The translations under genes were made by a program, and so were the position numbers. Of a stretch of 64,000 bases of DNA, positions 24,345-37,370 are shown in pieces (position 1 is the stretch's first letter; each line of letters starts with the position of its first letter). Source of the stretch: Octopus bimaculoides (taxonomy: Eukaryota); the NCBI RefSeq assembly GCF_001194135.2, contig NC_068982.1:4451609-4515608 (forward strand), given 5' to 3'. The notes beneath the pieces are model-generated. The model did not search any database. It worked only from the letters and a program-made list of their open reading frames with translations, and was not told the origin of the DNA.

Positions 24345-24730
24345 GTTGGTCACTTATATTCTACTTCCTCCCCTTCTTCTCCTTCTACCACTCTTTCTTC
24401 CTACCCCTCGCTGGTCACATGTGTCCAGCTACTAATTCTTTTCAATATCTCGGTCCAGCCAAGCACACACGAACATTCCTCGTCCCGCTTCCTTCCAGTT
24501 CCTGCTTCACAGCGTTCAATATACACATTACTTTTTCACGTCTGGCGTCTGGCTGTACAGCCTTCTTTGTTTGTTTCTTTCACTGTTTCGCTTTCCTGTC
24601 TTGTTCTCTGTCCGCCACTACATTCCTGCATGGAACAAATTTAATTTGTGTCCGTGGGAAGAGCCATTGTAACGATGCGTCCTGCCCTAACTCTTCGAAA
24701 CGCCAGTGTTATAATGGTGGCAGCTGATGA
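24345..24730 (-). mobile_element. Possible old Tx1-like ORF1 fragment
   Basis: Charged, basic translation (VCLAGPRY*KELVAGHM*PARGRKKEW) weakly resembles the end of copy B ORF1. Confidence 0.25.
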
Positions 24731-24887
24731 AGGATATGTTCTCTATGTGGCCTGTGTGTTTTTTGTACCTTGTTTATCATTTTGTTCATGTTATTTTGCA
24801 ACCTCATGTACCCAGATATACATCTATATATACATGTAGATGAAGGTATATACATACATGTACATATATATGCATATACTCATATAT

Positions 24888-24938
<51 letters not shown>

Positions 24939-24999
24939 GGGGGGGGTGTATAGTGAATCTTGCTGGTGTCACATAGTTTCAGACCAGCTCATACTTGAA

Positions 25000-25920
25000 A
25001 TGCTATTGAAGTTTTCTTCGTAATCTTTTAATCCATTATTTTATTGTGATAAGATAAAACAATTTTCTTCAATATTTTCTTCTCGCATGCTTGAGATTCT
25101 CTTAATGCTTATAGTATCTTGCAATTATTATATTTTTTCGTTATTTATAATTTTGTAAAATTGTTTGGCATTTGAATAACATACATGTTCTTTGGGAGAA
25201 GGGCTCAAGGTTTTTATAGAGCATTATACTTAATACCAATGCCTTTGCAAAATTGATTTTATGATTTTTTGTTTTTTTTTCATTCATATTAAGTTTCTTC
25301 CGTATCAGTTGGGTTCTTCTCTTTTCTATGCTAGATCCTTTCTTTTTAGCATTTCATTTATTAGACACAGGACATCCTTTTTATTCATTTTATATCGTAT
25401 ATTTTCTTTGCATACTTTTTTTTAGTGTGGTTTTCTATCAGGCCTGGCACCCTTCAGTGATACCACTATTAGTGCAAAGACTATCGCACTGAGTTCGTTG
25501 AAAATAGCATAATTATTTTTCTAAGGAGAGATTTTCTTGCGTGGGTCTGACCCATTTATTCATTTGTAAAACTGCTTGCTCGATCCATGTTCATCGATTT
25601 TGTTATGTTCTCTTCTATCTTCTTTCTTGTTTCTTTCAGGCCTTCTACGCCGTTAATCTAGTTGATACGATATGATGTCTGTCTTTATTGTTTCACTTTT
25701 ATTGAAGCATCTTGCGATTCAATGGTGACTTCAATGATCTTTATCCTCATTTTGGATTTGAATCCGTTCAATTTTCTATCCGATATGATTGACCGTAATG
25801 CATTGTTTTCTTCATTGTCTGATGAATTCTGTGCTATCTTCATTGGTTTAGGGCTCAATTATTGTATGTGTGATTGTTTATCTTATGCTTTTTTCTTTTG
25901 TGTAATCTTACGCGGCCATT
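25000..25920 (-). repeat. Unclassified old LINE-like repeat (second copy of the 19320 family)
   Basis: Shared peptide with the 19320 copy; NAKQFYKIIN further 3' resembles LINE pre-RT linkers. Confidence 0.35.
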
Positions 25921-27269
25921 AGTTTATATATTTTTTTTAACGTTCAACCGGTTGTTGCTTTATTTTCAGCGCGTCTCACTGTTATTCTCTTCCAATATTT
26001 GCTTTATTGTTGTTATGTATTACATATCTCCGTACGTCTCAAGCGTATGCGTTTATATATTTCAATTCCTTGTGACTCATGGTTCCCTTTAATAGTGCCT
26101 ATGTATATTGAATATAATGTTGATATATAACAACAATGTAGATTTTCGCCATACTCTTCGTTGATCCACCGGTGTTTTATTTTATTTTGGGCGTTAACAT
26201 AAATGCACCAGCATTTTTGTTGCCTGAAACGGATAACAGTTCATTTATAAAGCATTGCATTTCACATAAAATATTTACTAAGGAGAAAATGAGGGCCTGT
26301 AAAGAACTTGCAATTTGCTACATTTCAAATTGTAGAATTCTTTCAGTGACCAAACTGTAGTTTGGCGACGAAAAGTTTGTCACCTCAAAAAAAAAAATAA
26401 ACGGAAAGTAAATTTAACAACATTTGTGTAATTTTTTATGCTTAAAATAGCTCCACCATGATATAATTGCTCTAATTTCAGCAGTCAATCTCAGATTAAA
26501 TCACTTTGTTAGACAAATACAATCATTAAATCTTGTTTACCTACGCACTAATCTTCATCTAAACGATACATTTTGTGCGTAATAATCACTTGTAATAAAA
26601 TAGATAACAGTTGTACTTACTGAGACCATTTCATTTTGAATGTGTTCAAATGTTTGTTTCTTTATATAATTTACTTGCTTCAAAAGCTTACTTTCTCGTT
26701 TGCACGCTTGTTGAGTATTACTTAATACATTTTTATGTGCTGCAATCAGTCGTAAGTCATAAAATAAGGATTAGTTTTACACACTGTGATCCTTATGAAA
26801 GAACTTTCCTGTTTTTCGTTAATTTTGGTATTGATATTTGTGATATTTTTATAATTCATTGATTATTATTGTTTTTAAATGATACGTTTCCACACCTGCG
26901 TTGTTGCTTGGCTCGGAGTCGGTTGAAGTTTGGATTAAAGTTTGTTTCTATAACTTCAAGACCTGCTGGGGGACACCTCGGTGTTATTTTCCATCGGGAA
27001 TCGATGAAATATACACCAACGATAATCTTGTTCTTGATTCAATAGATTACATTTCTGCATCAGAAATGTTTAAAAGATTTTGTGTTTTCCAGAACAAAGA
27101 CTGCGACTTATGAATAATTTTTTTCGGAAATATATCTTTGTTGTTGTTAGAAATCAATTTAATGGGAATAAATTCCTCTTCTATAAAATTTGGTGTCGTA
27201 CAAATATAGATAACATCATCGTCAACATTAATATTAGTTAAAAAGATATTGATTTATTGTTAAAAAACC

Positions 27270-27715
27270 CCCACTTATTATTTGTTTTTATCTCTCGTTC
27301 TCAGTTGTTATGTCGGTTCGCCCTGCTGAATAGGAAGGAACATCCCACGACCTTAGGTATCCACCATCTTTCTGAAGATTCTCGCTGTCCCTGGTTAACA
27401 GAATTCTTGCGTAACAGATGCGCCGATGACAAGTGGCATTATCTTTACGTTTTTACATTCCCATTGCATCCTAACCACGTTAAGGAGAATGCTGTATCCA
27501 CCCTTTTACATTCAGAAGATGTCTTGTGGAAGTTAATGTTGTAGAGGTGAGAGGGTTCCATGATCTTATCTGTCTGCAGTTTACAATCCAACATGATCTT
27601 TGCATTTTAATTTGGCAGGACCTTCCCCACCTTTTGCTCAAACCACTTTTCGGAAGAAGGGAAATTTTACTTCTTACAGGTCTCCCAATGTACGACATTC
27701 GTCATTCCCACATCC
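27270..27715 (-). mobile_element. Dong/R4 3' end (post-zinc-knuckle region, RLE, 3' UTR)
   Basis: VVHWETCKK..SEKWFEQK..KVL..AKIMLDCKLQTDK, KIMPLVIGA, GTARIFRKMVDT*, then AATAATAA. Confidence 0.8.
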
Positions 27716-27758
27716 ATACCCCTATGGATAATAAAAGAAATCATCATCATCATCATCA

Positions 27759-27804
<46 letters not shown>

Positions 27805-27825
27805 TATTATTGTTGTTGCTGTTGT

Positions 27826-28453
27826 TGTTGCCTTTGCACAGCTTCTAACGCTGGATATGCACTAAGAGCACTCCGTCGGTTACGACGACGAGGGTCCCAG
27901 CTGATACGATCAACGAAATAGCTTTCTCGTGAAATTAACGTGCAAGTGACTGAACAATCCACAGACACGTGGACCCTTAACGTAGTTCTCAGGGAGATTC
28001 AGCGTGATGCAGAGTGTGACAAGGCCAGCCCTTTGAAATACAGGTATTACTCATTTTTGCCAGCTGAGTGGACTGGAGTAATGTGAAATAAAGTGTCTTG
28101 CTCAAGGACACAACGCGTCGCCGAGAATTGAACTCACGACCTTACGACTGTGAGCTGAACTCCCTAACCACTAAGCCACGCGCCTTCACTGGAGATGTAC
28201 TACAGTGTCAGCTGTTTACTACCAGTGAACTAAGGTAATTCCTCTTATTTTTCGAGCACCTTCCGGAGTATTCGAGCGGTTTCAAGCAGTGCTGTCTTCT
28301 GCAAGTGCTCCACCCTTATTGCAGCCCCTATTTGTTCCAAGTACTTCTGTTTCCTTACATTTCACCCTCGAATCGCCTGGTATTGCAACATCTATTATCT
28401 TTACTTCTTTTTCATCTTTATGGATGAGAACGATATCTGGTCGTCTCGCCTCT
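27826..28453 (-). mobile_element. Dong/R4 3' end with a SINE C inserted in its 3' UTR
   Basis: RRPDIVLIHKDEKEVKIIDVAIPGDSRV (PD..D RLE) and LQKTALLETARILRKVLEK*; the tail runs into (AAC/AAT)n. Confidence 0.88.
27865..28188 (-). mobile_element. SINE family C, full length, 14-bp TSD
   Basis: A box TGGCTTAGTGG, B box GTTCAATTC; TSD CTGGA(T/G)ATG(C/T)ACTA at 27851-27864 and 28189-28202. Confidence 0.92.
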
Positions 28454-28631
28454 NNNNNNNNNNNNNNNNNNNNNNNNNNNNNNNNNNNNNNNNNNNNNNN
28501 NNNNNNNNNNNNNNNNNNNNNNNNNNNNNNNNNNNNNNNNNNNNNNNNNNNNNNNNNNNNNNNNNNNNNNNNNNNNNNNNNNNNCTCCTCCTCCTCCTCA
28601 TCATCATCATCATTATCATCATCATTATTAC

Positions 28632-28701
<70 letters not shown>

Positions 28702-29337
28702 ACATTATTACGTTATTTACAAATGTTTTGAAGTGCACCCTGCAAATAAATTGATGTGAGTAACTGCAGCGAGGGTGGATATATGATACTTATCACTTTC
28801 AAACCATTGTATGTTAATGCCACTGAAATTTTTGAATAAAATAAAGAAATTTAAACGTGTATTTTCATGAGAATGTGGTAGAATGATGTATTTTTTATGA
28901 TGCGTCAGAATATTGATTTGGTGAGTGTTTCCTTTGAAAATGTATCTGTTTAGATACAGTATGATATATGTACACATTCGCTCATACAAATAGGTTGGCG
29001 TAATCTCCAGCCTATATTCATATATATGAATGTAGTACTTCGGCATGACATGAGTTGTCATGGCTGAAGCAAACTAAACGCCTACACACACGCACACACA
29101 CACAGACACACCTAAGGAAAGAGAAAGAGAGATAGACAGATAAATAGATACTTCCGGCAGTCGTTTACCACGTCTAACAGAGGAGGTTGAAAATGGGTGC
29201 AATTTAAAAATTACTGACAATCAATTTATATGTATGTATGTATGTATGTATGTATTTATGTATGTATGTATGTATGTATGCATATGTAAGCACACACACA
29301 TATAGATATACATACATACTGATATATATATATATCT

Positions 29338-29612
29338 TTTAACTTTTGTTTCAGTCATTGGACAACGGCCATGCTGTAGCACCGCATTGAAAGTTTTAGT
29401 CGAACAAATCGTTCCCGGTACTCATGTTTTTAAGCCTGGTATTTATTTTTCATCGGTATGAGTTTGCCGAACGGCAAGGATACGAGGAGGTAAACAAACC
29501 AACACCAGTTGTCAAGCAGTTGTGGGGGAGGGGCAAACAAACATACACAGTGACACAGTGGGACTGAATCGCAAATTACGTAGTTGGGAAGTAAGCTCTC
29601 ACCACACAGCTA
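29338..29612 (-). mobile_element. SINE family A with internal deletion
   Basis: Tail at 29338; head remnant at 29560-29612. Confidence 0.75.
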
Positions 29613-29699
29613 CGTTGATGTCTTTTATCCTGTTTGGGCTTCATATGTGTTTGTGTATAAGTGATAGTGTATGTTTGAATATGATCTGCCTTTTTGGCT

Positions 29700-29870
29700 T
29701 TCCGGCTTTCCGGCATTTGTTGCTGAAGAAGAGATAACCATTTCGAAATGCATGCATTCAACAGTCTGCCTAAGGAGCTCTTGGAACTGACCCCGTGTGT
29801 TTACACCTATTTGTCTACAGCTTTCATAAGGGTTTAAACATACCTGAAGCACATTCGAACTGGTAATAAG
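29700..29870 (+). mobile_element. Possible CR1/L2-type RT C-terminal relic
   Basis: AFNSLPKEL...TYLKHI motif only. Confidence 0.3.
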
Positions 29871-30609
29871 TTTGTATTTATACACATCACTGCTTAGCGC
29901 TGTCAGCCCGAATCATATTTCTTACTGATTGCAAAACATTTCGTCCCTTCATAATATTTCATGGTTCTCTCTCTATATTTGATGAAATTTATTTTTTAGC
30001 TTTAGTTTCATATATTCTGCTCTTTGTTAGTTTCTCCTTTGTCCACTTTTCACTTGATCTCACCTGTAGCTGCCTCACTCTAAAGTAATTCTCATCACCG
30101 GCAACAAAACCTTTCACATCCTCTTATACCAGCTTTCTCTTCCATATCACCTAATCGCCAAATCATCCATTCACACCCAAGTCATTCTTACATCGTTCGT
30201 TCACATCAATCCCATCCCAAATTGGGAAAACTGCTTTGTATTTTCCGCATTGAGAGGAAGAGGTTGCCGTAAAGCCTGTATTCAACCCTTGTCATTGCAA
30301 TGGAATTGAAATAATTCTTCAATGAAATTTTCAATATTCTATTATTATTCATTTATTAGCATCTGCTATATAGATGCGGCAATGCACTTCACGCTTTAAA
30401 TTCTTCGGCAAGTACTGCATTGCGCGTTTGACTCTTGCAATTAGATTTTTTGTTATTTTTGTTTCAGGCTGTTCTTTTAAGTTGTACATCTATACACACA
30501 TGATTACAAAGACATACACACACGCATCTGTATAAATTATATTTTAAATCTATATCAATCATTTTTTATTATAGCTAATAAATAATCGAACTCACATACC
30601 TACCTACAT

Positions 30610-30651
<42 letters not shown>

Positions 30652-31042
30652 GAATGCGTGTGTATATATATATATATANNNNNNNNNNNNNNNNNNNNNN
30701 NNNNNNNNNNNNNNNNNNNNNNNNNNNNNNNNNNNNNNNNNNNNNNNNNNNNNNNNNNNNNNNNNNNNNNNNNNNNNNNNNNNNNNNNNNNNNNNNNNNN
30801 NNNNNNNNNNNNNNNNNNNNNNNNNNNNNNNNNNNNNNNNNNNNNNNNNNNNNNNNNNNNNNNNNNNNNNNNNNNNNNNNNNNNNNNNNNNNNNNNNNNN
30901 NNNNNNNNNNNNNNNNNNNNNNNNNNNNNNNNNNNNNNNNNNNNNNNNNNNNNNNNNNNNNNNNNNNNNNNNNNNNNNNNNNNNNNNNNNNNNNNNNNNN
31001 NNNNNNNNNNNNNNNNNNNNNNNNNNNNNNNNNNNNNNNNNN

Positions 31043-31299
31043 AGCCAGTCCAGGGGCACTGGCAACGATCTCACTTGAAAATCCTACGGGAGCCAGTCAG
31101 GCAGTACTGGCAACGGCCACGCTCAAAATGGTGCATCTCATGTGCCACCCGCACAAGAGCCAGTCCAGGGGCACTGGCAACGATCTTACTTGGCTTGCCG
31201 GGTCTTCTCACGCACAGCACATTTCCAAAGGTCTCGGTCAGTAGTCATCGCCTCGGTGAGGCCCAATGTACGAAAGTCTTGCCTCACCACCTCAGCCCA
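31043..31299 (-). mobile_element. RTE-clade LINE 3' end with repeated 3' UTR
   Basis: WAEVVRQDFRTLGLTEAMTTDRDLWKCAVREKTRQAK* (31299-31186) matches RTE C-termini; the AGCCAGTCCAGGGGCACTGGCAACGATCT unit recurs at 115-bp spacing. Confidence 0.8.
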
Positions 31300-31399
31300 T
31301 ATATACATGTATGTATGTATGTATGTATGTATGAGTGTGTGTGTGTCTGTGCGTGTGTGCGCGCGCGCATGATGTAGTTAGTTCCACAATTTCTATAGA

Positions 31400-31560
31400 C
31401 GCATGCGTAGCTATGTGTTAAGAAGCTTGCTTTACAGCTACATGGTTCCAGGTTCAGTGTCACTGCGTGGCACTTTGGGCAGGTGTCTTCTACTAAAGCC
31501 TCCGGCTGACCAAAGCCGTCACGGTGGATTTGGTAGACGGAAACTGAAAGAAGCGTGTCG

Positions 31561-31641
<81 letters not shown>

Positions 31642-31905
31642 ATGTGTGTGTGTGTGTGTGCGCGCGCGCGTGTGTGTGTGTGTGCGTGCGTGTATGCTTG
31701 TCTCCCACTACCGCTTGAGAATCGGTGTTGGTTTGTTCCGTCCCCATAATTTGGCGGTTTGGCAACAGAGACCAATAGAAGTACCAGGCTTGAATAAAAG
31801 AAGGTATTGGGTTCGAGTCATTCGACTAAAAAATTCTTCAAGATGGTGCCCTAGCATGTCCGCAGTCTAATGACTAAAACAAGTGAAGATAAAGGATAAA
31901 AGATG
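31400..31905 (+). mobile_element. SINE family A, full length with expanded (TA)/(TG) core
   Basis: Collinear with the 53084 copy. Confidence 0.9.
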
Positions 31906-31917
31906 CACACACACACC

Positions 31918-31994
<77 letters not shown>

Positions 31995-32029
31995 TTATTT
32001 ATATATATATATATCATATATATATCCAT

Positions 32030-32330
32030 ATTTATAAAGAGAATTTTTTTCGGATGGAAGCTTTATATTTTATTAATGCATTGCTACATATACTTCTGCA
32101 TGACACGTGTTTGTTTATGACTAGATTCTCACATCCATAGGATATTATGAAATATTATTTATAATATCTATGAATCTTAAGGGAATCCATAGATACTATA
32201 AATATTTAATAATATCCGATGGACAGGAGAATGTAATCACAAACAAACACGTGCCATGCGGAAACATATGTAGCAATGCATTAATAAAATATAAAATTTT
32301 CCATTTGAAAAATTTCTTTTTATTAATATA
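32030..32330. repeat. Spacerless imperfect palindrome of about 300 bp
   Basis: Centre CTT|AAG at 32178/32179; arms about 80% identical by eye. Confidence 0.85.
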
Positions 32331-33392
32331 TTTATCCTACGCTATATGGAGTGAAGCATACATAACAATCCCATGCGGTCACTCCGGGAAATGTGAATAA
32401 TAAGCGGTAGCCAGCAATATGTAGCATAGGATTTTTTTACGAGTGCACTTGAAGGCATCTGCGTAAACAAATTACAATGCTATATATATACATATATATA
32501 TTTTATATATTTTAGACAATATATACGCATAAACCTCCCGTTATTGTTACAAATACTGATAGATTACACTAATTATGCGCAATTTGATATCAATAAATAC
32601 AAATTTAATCGTGAAGCAATTGTCCATGGTATCAGAGACATGTATGCGTGACGTTCATATTCCAACTTCCGAAACAGTTCCTCGATAAACTTCTACAACT
32701 TACAATGAAGCTTGCAAAAGAAGCTGCCGCTAGGACGATGATGTAGACTGGAACAGTACTATGGAGGCGGCTGCACCCATACGTCCTCCAAGGCAAATGG
32801 GTGGGGGGGGGCTACTTTGTTATTATATTTCGTTGTTTTCATATTTTAATTCTCAACAGCTTTCACATAATCAACGGAACAACATGATTGCGACATACTG
32901 TATCAAAGCAAATACTTCGAGGTTACATATGCCATATACGACTAGGCATTGATGCTCTTTGAAAATGCTATACAGTCCATGGTTGGCTTGATCTCTAAGT
33001 AAACAGTGCAGCCTACCAGCAGCAGTGTAAACTGTAGCTACTATTCTTAGGTGGAAGACAACCACTTGGTACATCCAGGAACCTAAAAAGTATATCTACC
33101 ATCATAAATGTAAATAAGAGATTATACAAGGCTGAAACAATTTGTGACAACCTACTGTAGAGGAATAAACTCCCTTTAATCTTTTGAAGGAACAGGTAAA
33201 ACATTTTTGTTTAATTTTGGCAAAAATTCTTTCGCTGAATTAGATTACCACTGAGGTGCCACGAGTGTATTTGCTTCAGCTTTGTTCACAAGTGGCAGAA
33301 CTTTTCATTATTCATTTTAACTTCCATTCACACTCGCACACAGTGTTAGGCATGGGTAAAAATTTAGGCAAAGGGTTTAGGAAGTGGTTACT

Positions 33393-33609
33393 GGAAAATT
33401 CGCCGTAAAAAAAAAGAAAAAAAATTGCAAAAAAGAAAAGATTAGCTGATGTCTTAAAATGGCAACTTCATTTCCTCACCTGCCAATTAGAGAAAGGTAA
33501 TTTCTTTAAAACGTGTTATCTAGTGTATGGTCTACTTGTGTATCTCCTTTACGGTAAAATTTCCTACGGCAAATTTTCCCATGACAAAAATGTTAACGGC
33601 GAATTTTCC
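33393..33609. mobile_element. Small TIR element with tandem subterminal ACGG(C/T)(G/A)AA(T/A)TTTCC motifs
   Basis: GGAAAATTCGCCGT at 33393-33406 and its exact inverse at 33596-33609, with two extra motif copies near 33551-33580. Confidence 0.5.
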
Positions 33610-34184
33610 GAATACGCTAGAAAACCAGAGACTCTGATGCAGGTCTAGTTGAAAGTATGAGATGACTGCACGATCTCTCAGTTGAATATGAGTCACTCTA
33701 CTGCATCTTAGAATATTTCAGAGGAAAGACTAACATCGACATTAGAGTCATAGAGTTGTTCTCTGGTGATGCCTCAAAGAACCCTTTATTTGAAACTTGT
33801 GATATTATTCCAGTGACTTTACTCAGTAAAGCATTTGTGTTTCTGTTGCATTTCTTTATGGGTTGGATAATATATATTTTCTATTACTCGAAAATATATA
33901 AAGTACAACACAAGCATAGAGATTTCGGAAACCACAAAATGAATATTGTCAGTAAGCATAGGCTCAATAGCCTCACATATCATACACGTGTGAGGGAATC
34001 AACTTCAAACATGTATCTGAATTACAGTAACAAATAGAAAACAGTAAAATATCAAAATTTGTTACAATTTAGGTCATTTAATTTAACAAAAAAGGGATTT
34101 CTACATATACGGCTCCCAGGCAACACCAGCCACTTCACAAATGTGTGTATGTATAATATATTTATATATGTACACAGGAAACTA

Positions 34185-34185
34185 A

Positions 34186-34248
<63 letters not shown>

Positions 34249-34377
34249 ATATATATTTATATGCACATACACACACACATGAATATTGATGTAAAGATTA
34301 TATTTAAACACACATATACACATATACATCTATCCATCTCGGTCTCTGTCTACCTTTCTCTCTCTCTCTCTCTCTCC

Positions 34378-34426
<49 letters not shown>

Positions 34427-34611
34427 CACATATATGGAAGCAACTTTATAATGAAATCTCTCTCAATAAAACATATTCAAGGAATATGAGTAGTTGATAT
34501 GTCAAGGGCTGCGGTTTCAATCACGAAAAAATCCCTTTATATTCGTATTGCTTTCAAAAATACAATATATTTCAGAGCGAGGAGAAACGAAATCGAATCA
34601 GCTATCTGAAG

Positions 34612-34650
<39 letters not shown>

Positions 34651-34830
34651 ACACACACACACACACATACAAACATACACACACACGCACACACACGCAC
34701 ACACACGCACACACACGCACACACACACAAACATACACACACACATATATATATATATATCAGTGTGTGTGTGTGTGTGTGTGTATGTTTGTGTGTGTAT
34801 GTGTATGTGTGTGTGCATGTATGTGTCATT
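34185..34830. repeat. (TATC)n, (CT)n, (CA)n and (TG)n microsatellite cluster
   Basis: Direct reading. Confidence 0.95.
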
Positions 34831-35807
34831 ATTCAGTTTTATTTCAAGATTTCTTTCCAATAAAGAGAGAACCGGTTTCTAACCTGGATCCAAGACTCCT
34901 TCATCAGAATTTCAACGAAATCAACAGGGTATTTTTATATGCAAGTATGCGTGTAGATTTGAATGTTTTCCTTTATGTATGTCTTCTCATGCATACAGTT
35001 GCATAGCTGGTCATGCTCACATACGCTTAAATGATAAACTTCTGGAAAGTTTTTACAGATTTTTATAGTTCCCCTGTTGGCTTGGATCTGTAGTTTTCGA
35101 ACTAGCTTTCACCTTTCTGGCTTTAAGAAATCTAATTTCTCAATACTGGTTTTTAGGCGGTGTTACATATCCCAGTATGTATGTATGTATGTATGTATGT
35201 ATGTATGTATGTATGTATGTATAGCGGTGTAAATAAAACTGTCTAGAACTCTATCTACATAATTAACCAAATATTCTTTCGATTTACATCTTATACATGC
35301 CTTAGACTGTCAAGATTCATATTACGGAGAAATACGATTTCAATTTGGGAGTAGCCTGTCTTTAACATTCTCCAAAATTTATTTTTATTCGCTGCTTAAT
35401 AATATAAATTTGAAAATCTCCCAGTGTTTCGTATATCAGTTTAGAATTGCATTAATATATGAAGAGTAGAATAAATCAAAAGTTGTTTTGTTTTATATTC
35501 AGGAAATTAAAATTACGAACTAACACGGCTTCATATACCATAGAAGCCTGAAAAATATTCTACTTACTCACAATGAGAAGTTTATGCACAGATATTTAAA
35601 CACAAAATAATCACACAACAACGTACAACAAATATTTAATTATAACGAAAATGAAAAGAAATTCTATGTAGAGAGCACCCAGTTAACTCCTAATAACTCT
35701 ACTAGTACATATGTATGTATGTATGTATGTACGTATACTTATATATGTATATATGTTAATACATGTATATATTTATATAAATGTTGACATTGAGTTATAT
35801 ATGTGTG

Positions 35808-35846
<39 letters not shown>

Positions 35847-36861
35847 NNNNNNNNNNNNNNNNNNNNNNNNNNNNNNNNNNNNNNNNNNNNNNNNNNNNNN
35901 NNNNNNNNNNNNNNNNNNNNNNNNNNNNNNNNNNNNNNNNNNNNNNNNNNNNNNNNNNNNNNNNNNNNNNNNNNNNNNNNNNNNNNNNNNNNNNNNNNNN
36001 NNNNNNNNNNNNNNNNNNNNNNNNNNNNNNNNNNNNNNNNNNNNNNNNNNNNNNNNNNNNNNNNNNNNNNNNNNNNNNNNNNNNNNNNNNNNNNNNNNNN
36101 NNNNNNNNNNNNNNNNNNNNNNNNNNNNNNNNNNNNNNNNNNNNNNNNNNNNNNNNNNNNNNNNNNNNNNNNNNNNNNNNNNNNNNNNNNNNNNNNNNNN
36201 NNNNNNNNNNNNNNNNNNNNNNNNNNNNNNNNNNNNNNNNNNNNNNNNNNNNNNNNNNNNNNNNNNNNNNNNNNNNNNNNNNNNNNNNNNNNNNNNNNNN
36301 NNNNNNNNNNNNNNNNNNNNNNNNNNNNNNNNNNNNNNNNNNNNNNNNNNNNNNNNNNNNNNNNNNNNNNNNNNNNNNNNNNNNNNNNNNNNNNNNNNNN
36401 NNNNNNNNNNNNNNNNNNNNNNNNNNNNNNNNNNNNNNNNNNNNNNNNNNNNNNNNNNNNNNNNNNNNNNNNNNNNNNNNNNNNNNNNNNNNNNNNNNNN
36501 NNNNNNNNNNNNNNNNNNNNNNNNNNNNNNNNNNNNNNNNNNNNNNNNNNNNNNNNNNNNNNNNNNNNNNNNNNNNNNNNNNNNNNNNNNNNNNNNNNNN
36601 NNNNNNNNNNNNNNNNNNNNNNNNNNNNNNNNNNNNNNNNNNNNNNNNNNNNNNNNNNNNNNNNNNATAAACATATGTGTGAGTGCGAGTGTGTGTGTGT
36701 GTGACTACACACATATATTTAAGGTTGAGCTTGCCTTTTTGTAGAGCAAACGTACTTACATTAAATAAAATAATTTCTAATAAAGGGAATATGGAGTTGA
36801 AATGAATGTTTTGTAAGGAAAACTGTAGAGAATGAGACCCTCAGTCAAATGTGGAGAAACT

Positions 36862-36958
36862 ATAGCAGAAAACACCTGCCCAAAGTGCCACGCAATGGGA
36901 CTGAACCCGGAGTCATGTAGTTGGGAAGCAAACTTCTCACAACACAGCCACACCTGCG
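36862..36958 (-). mobile_element. SINE family A head
   Basis: tRNA-like head plus CORE-like segment. Confidence 0.8.
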
Positions 36959-37199
36959 TCAAGGTGTAAATAATGTAAACTAATGATATTACAAAAATTT
37001 TCACGTTGCTTTCAATGAATATATAAATAACGGGGTGGGAGAAGATGGCTGCTTATGTCTTTGATCAATCAATTGATCTATTTTGTTTATTCTAGAGAAA
37101 TATAAGTCCCAGGGGACGCGAAGTTGACTGAAATATGAGTAGGCTTCGCTATAATCCGTAATGTAAAATTATTGAAAAACTTATGTGGGTTGTTTGTGA

Positions 37200-37370
37200 A
37201 CGCAGGCGTAATTGTGTGGTAAGAAGCTTGCTTCTCAACCAAATTGTTCCGCCTTTCAATCCCATGGCAGAGTCACCTTGGGTAAGCGTCTTCTACTATA
37301 GCTTCGGACCGACCAAACCCATGCGAGTGGATTTGGGAGAAACTGAAAGAAGCTCATCGTGTATATATAT
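37200..37370 (+). mobile_element. SINE family A, 5' half
   Basis: Head to (TA)n. Confidence 0.8.

Larger units (their letters stand above)
27740..28700. repeat. Triplet tracts (CAT)n(TAT)n(TGT)n 27740-27825 and (CTC)(CAT)(TAT)n 28585-28700
   Basis: Direct reading. Confidence 0.95.

Noticed and set aside
26860-27250. Possible CR1/L2 3' end (YISSIPDG)
   Set aside because: Single short motif only.
32900-33210. Possible piggyBac or other transposase relic
   Set aside because: No convincing motif in any frame.
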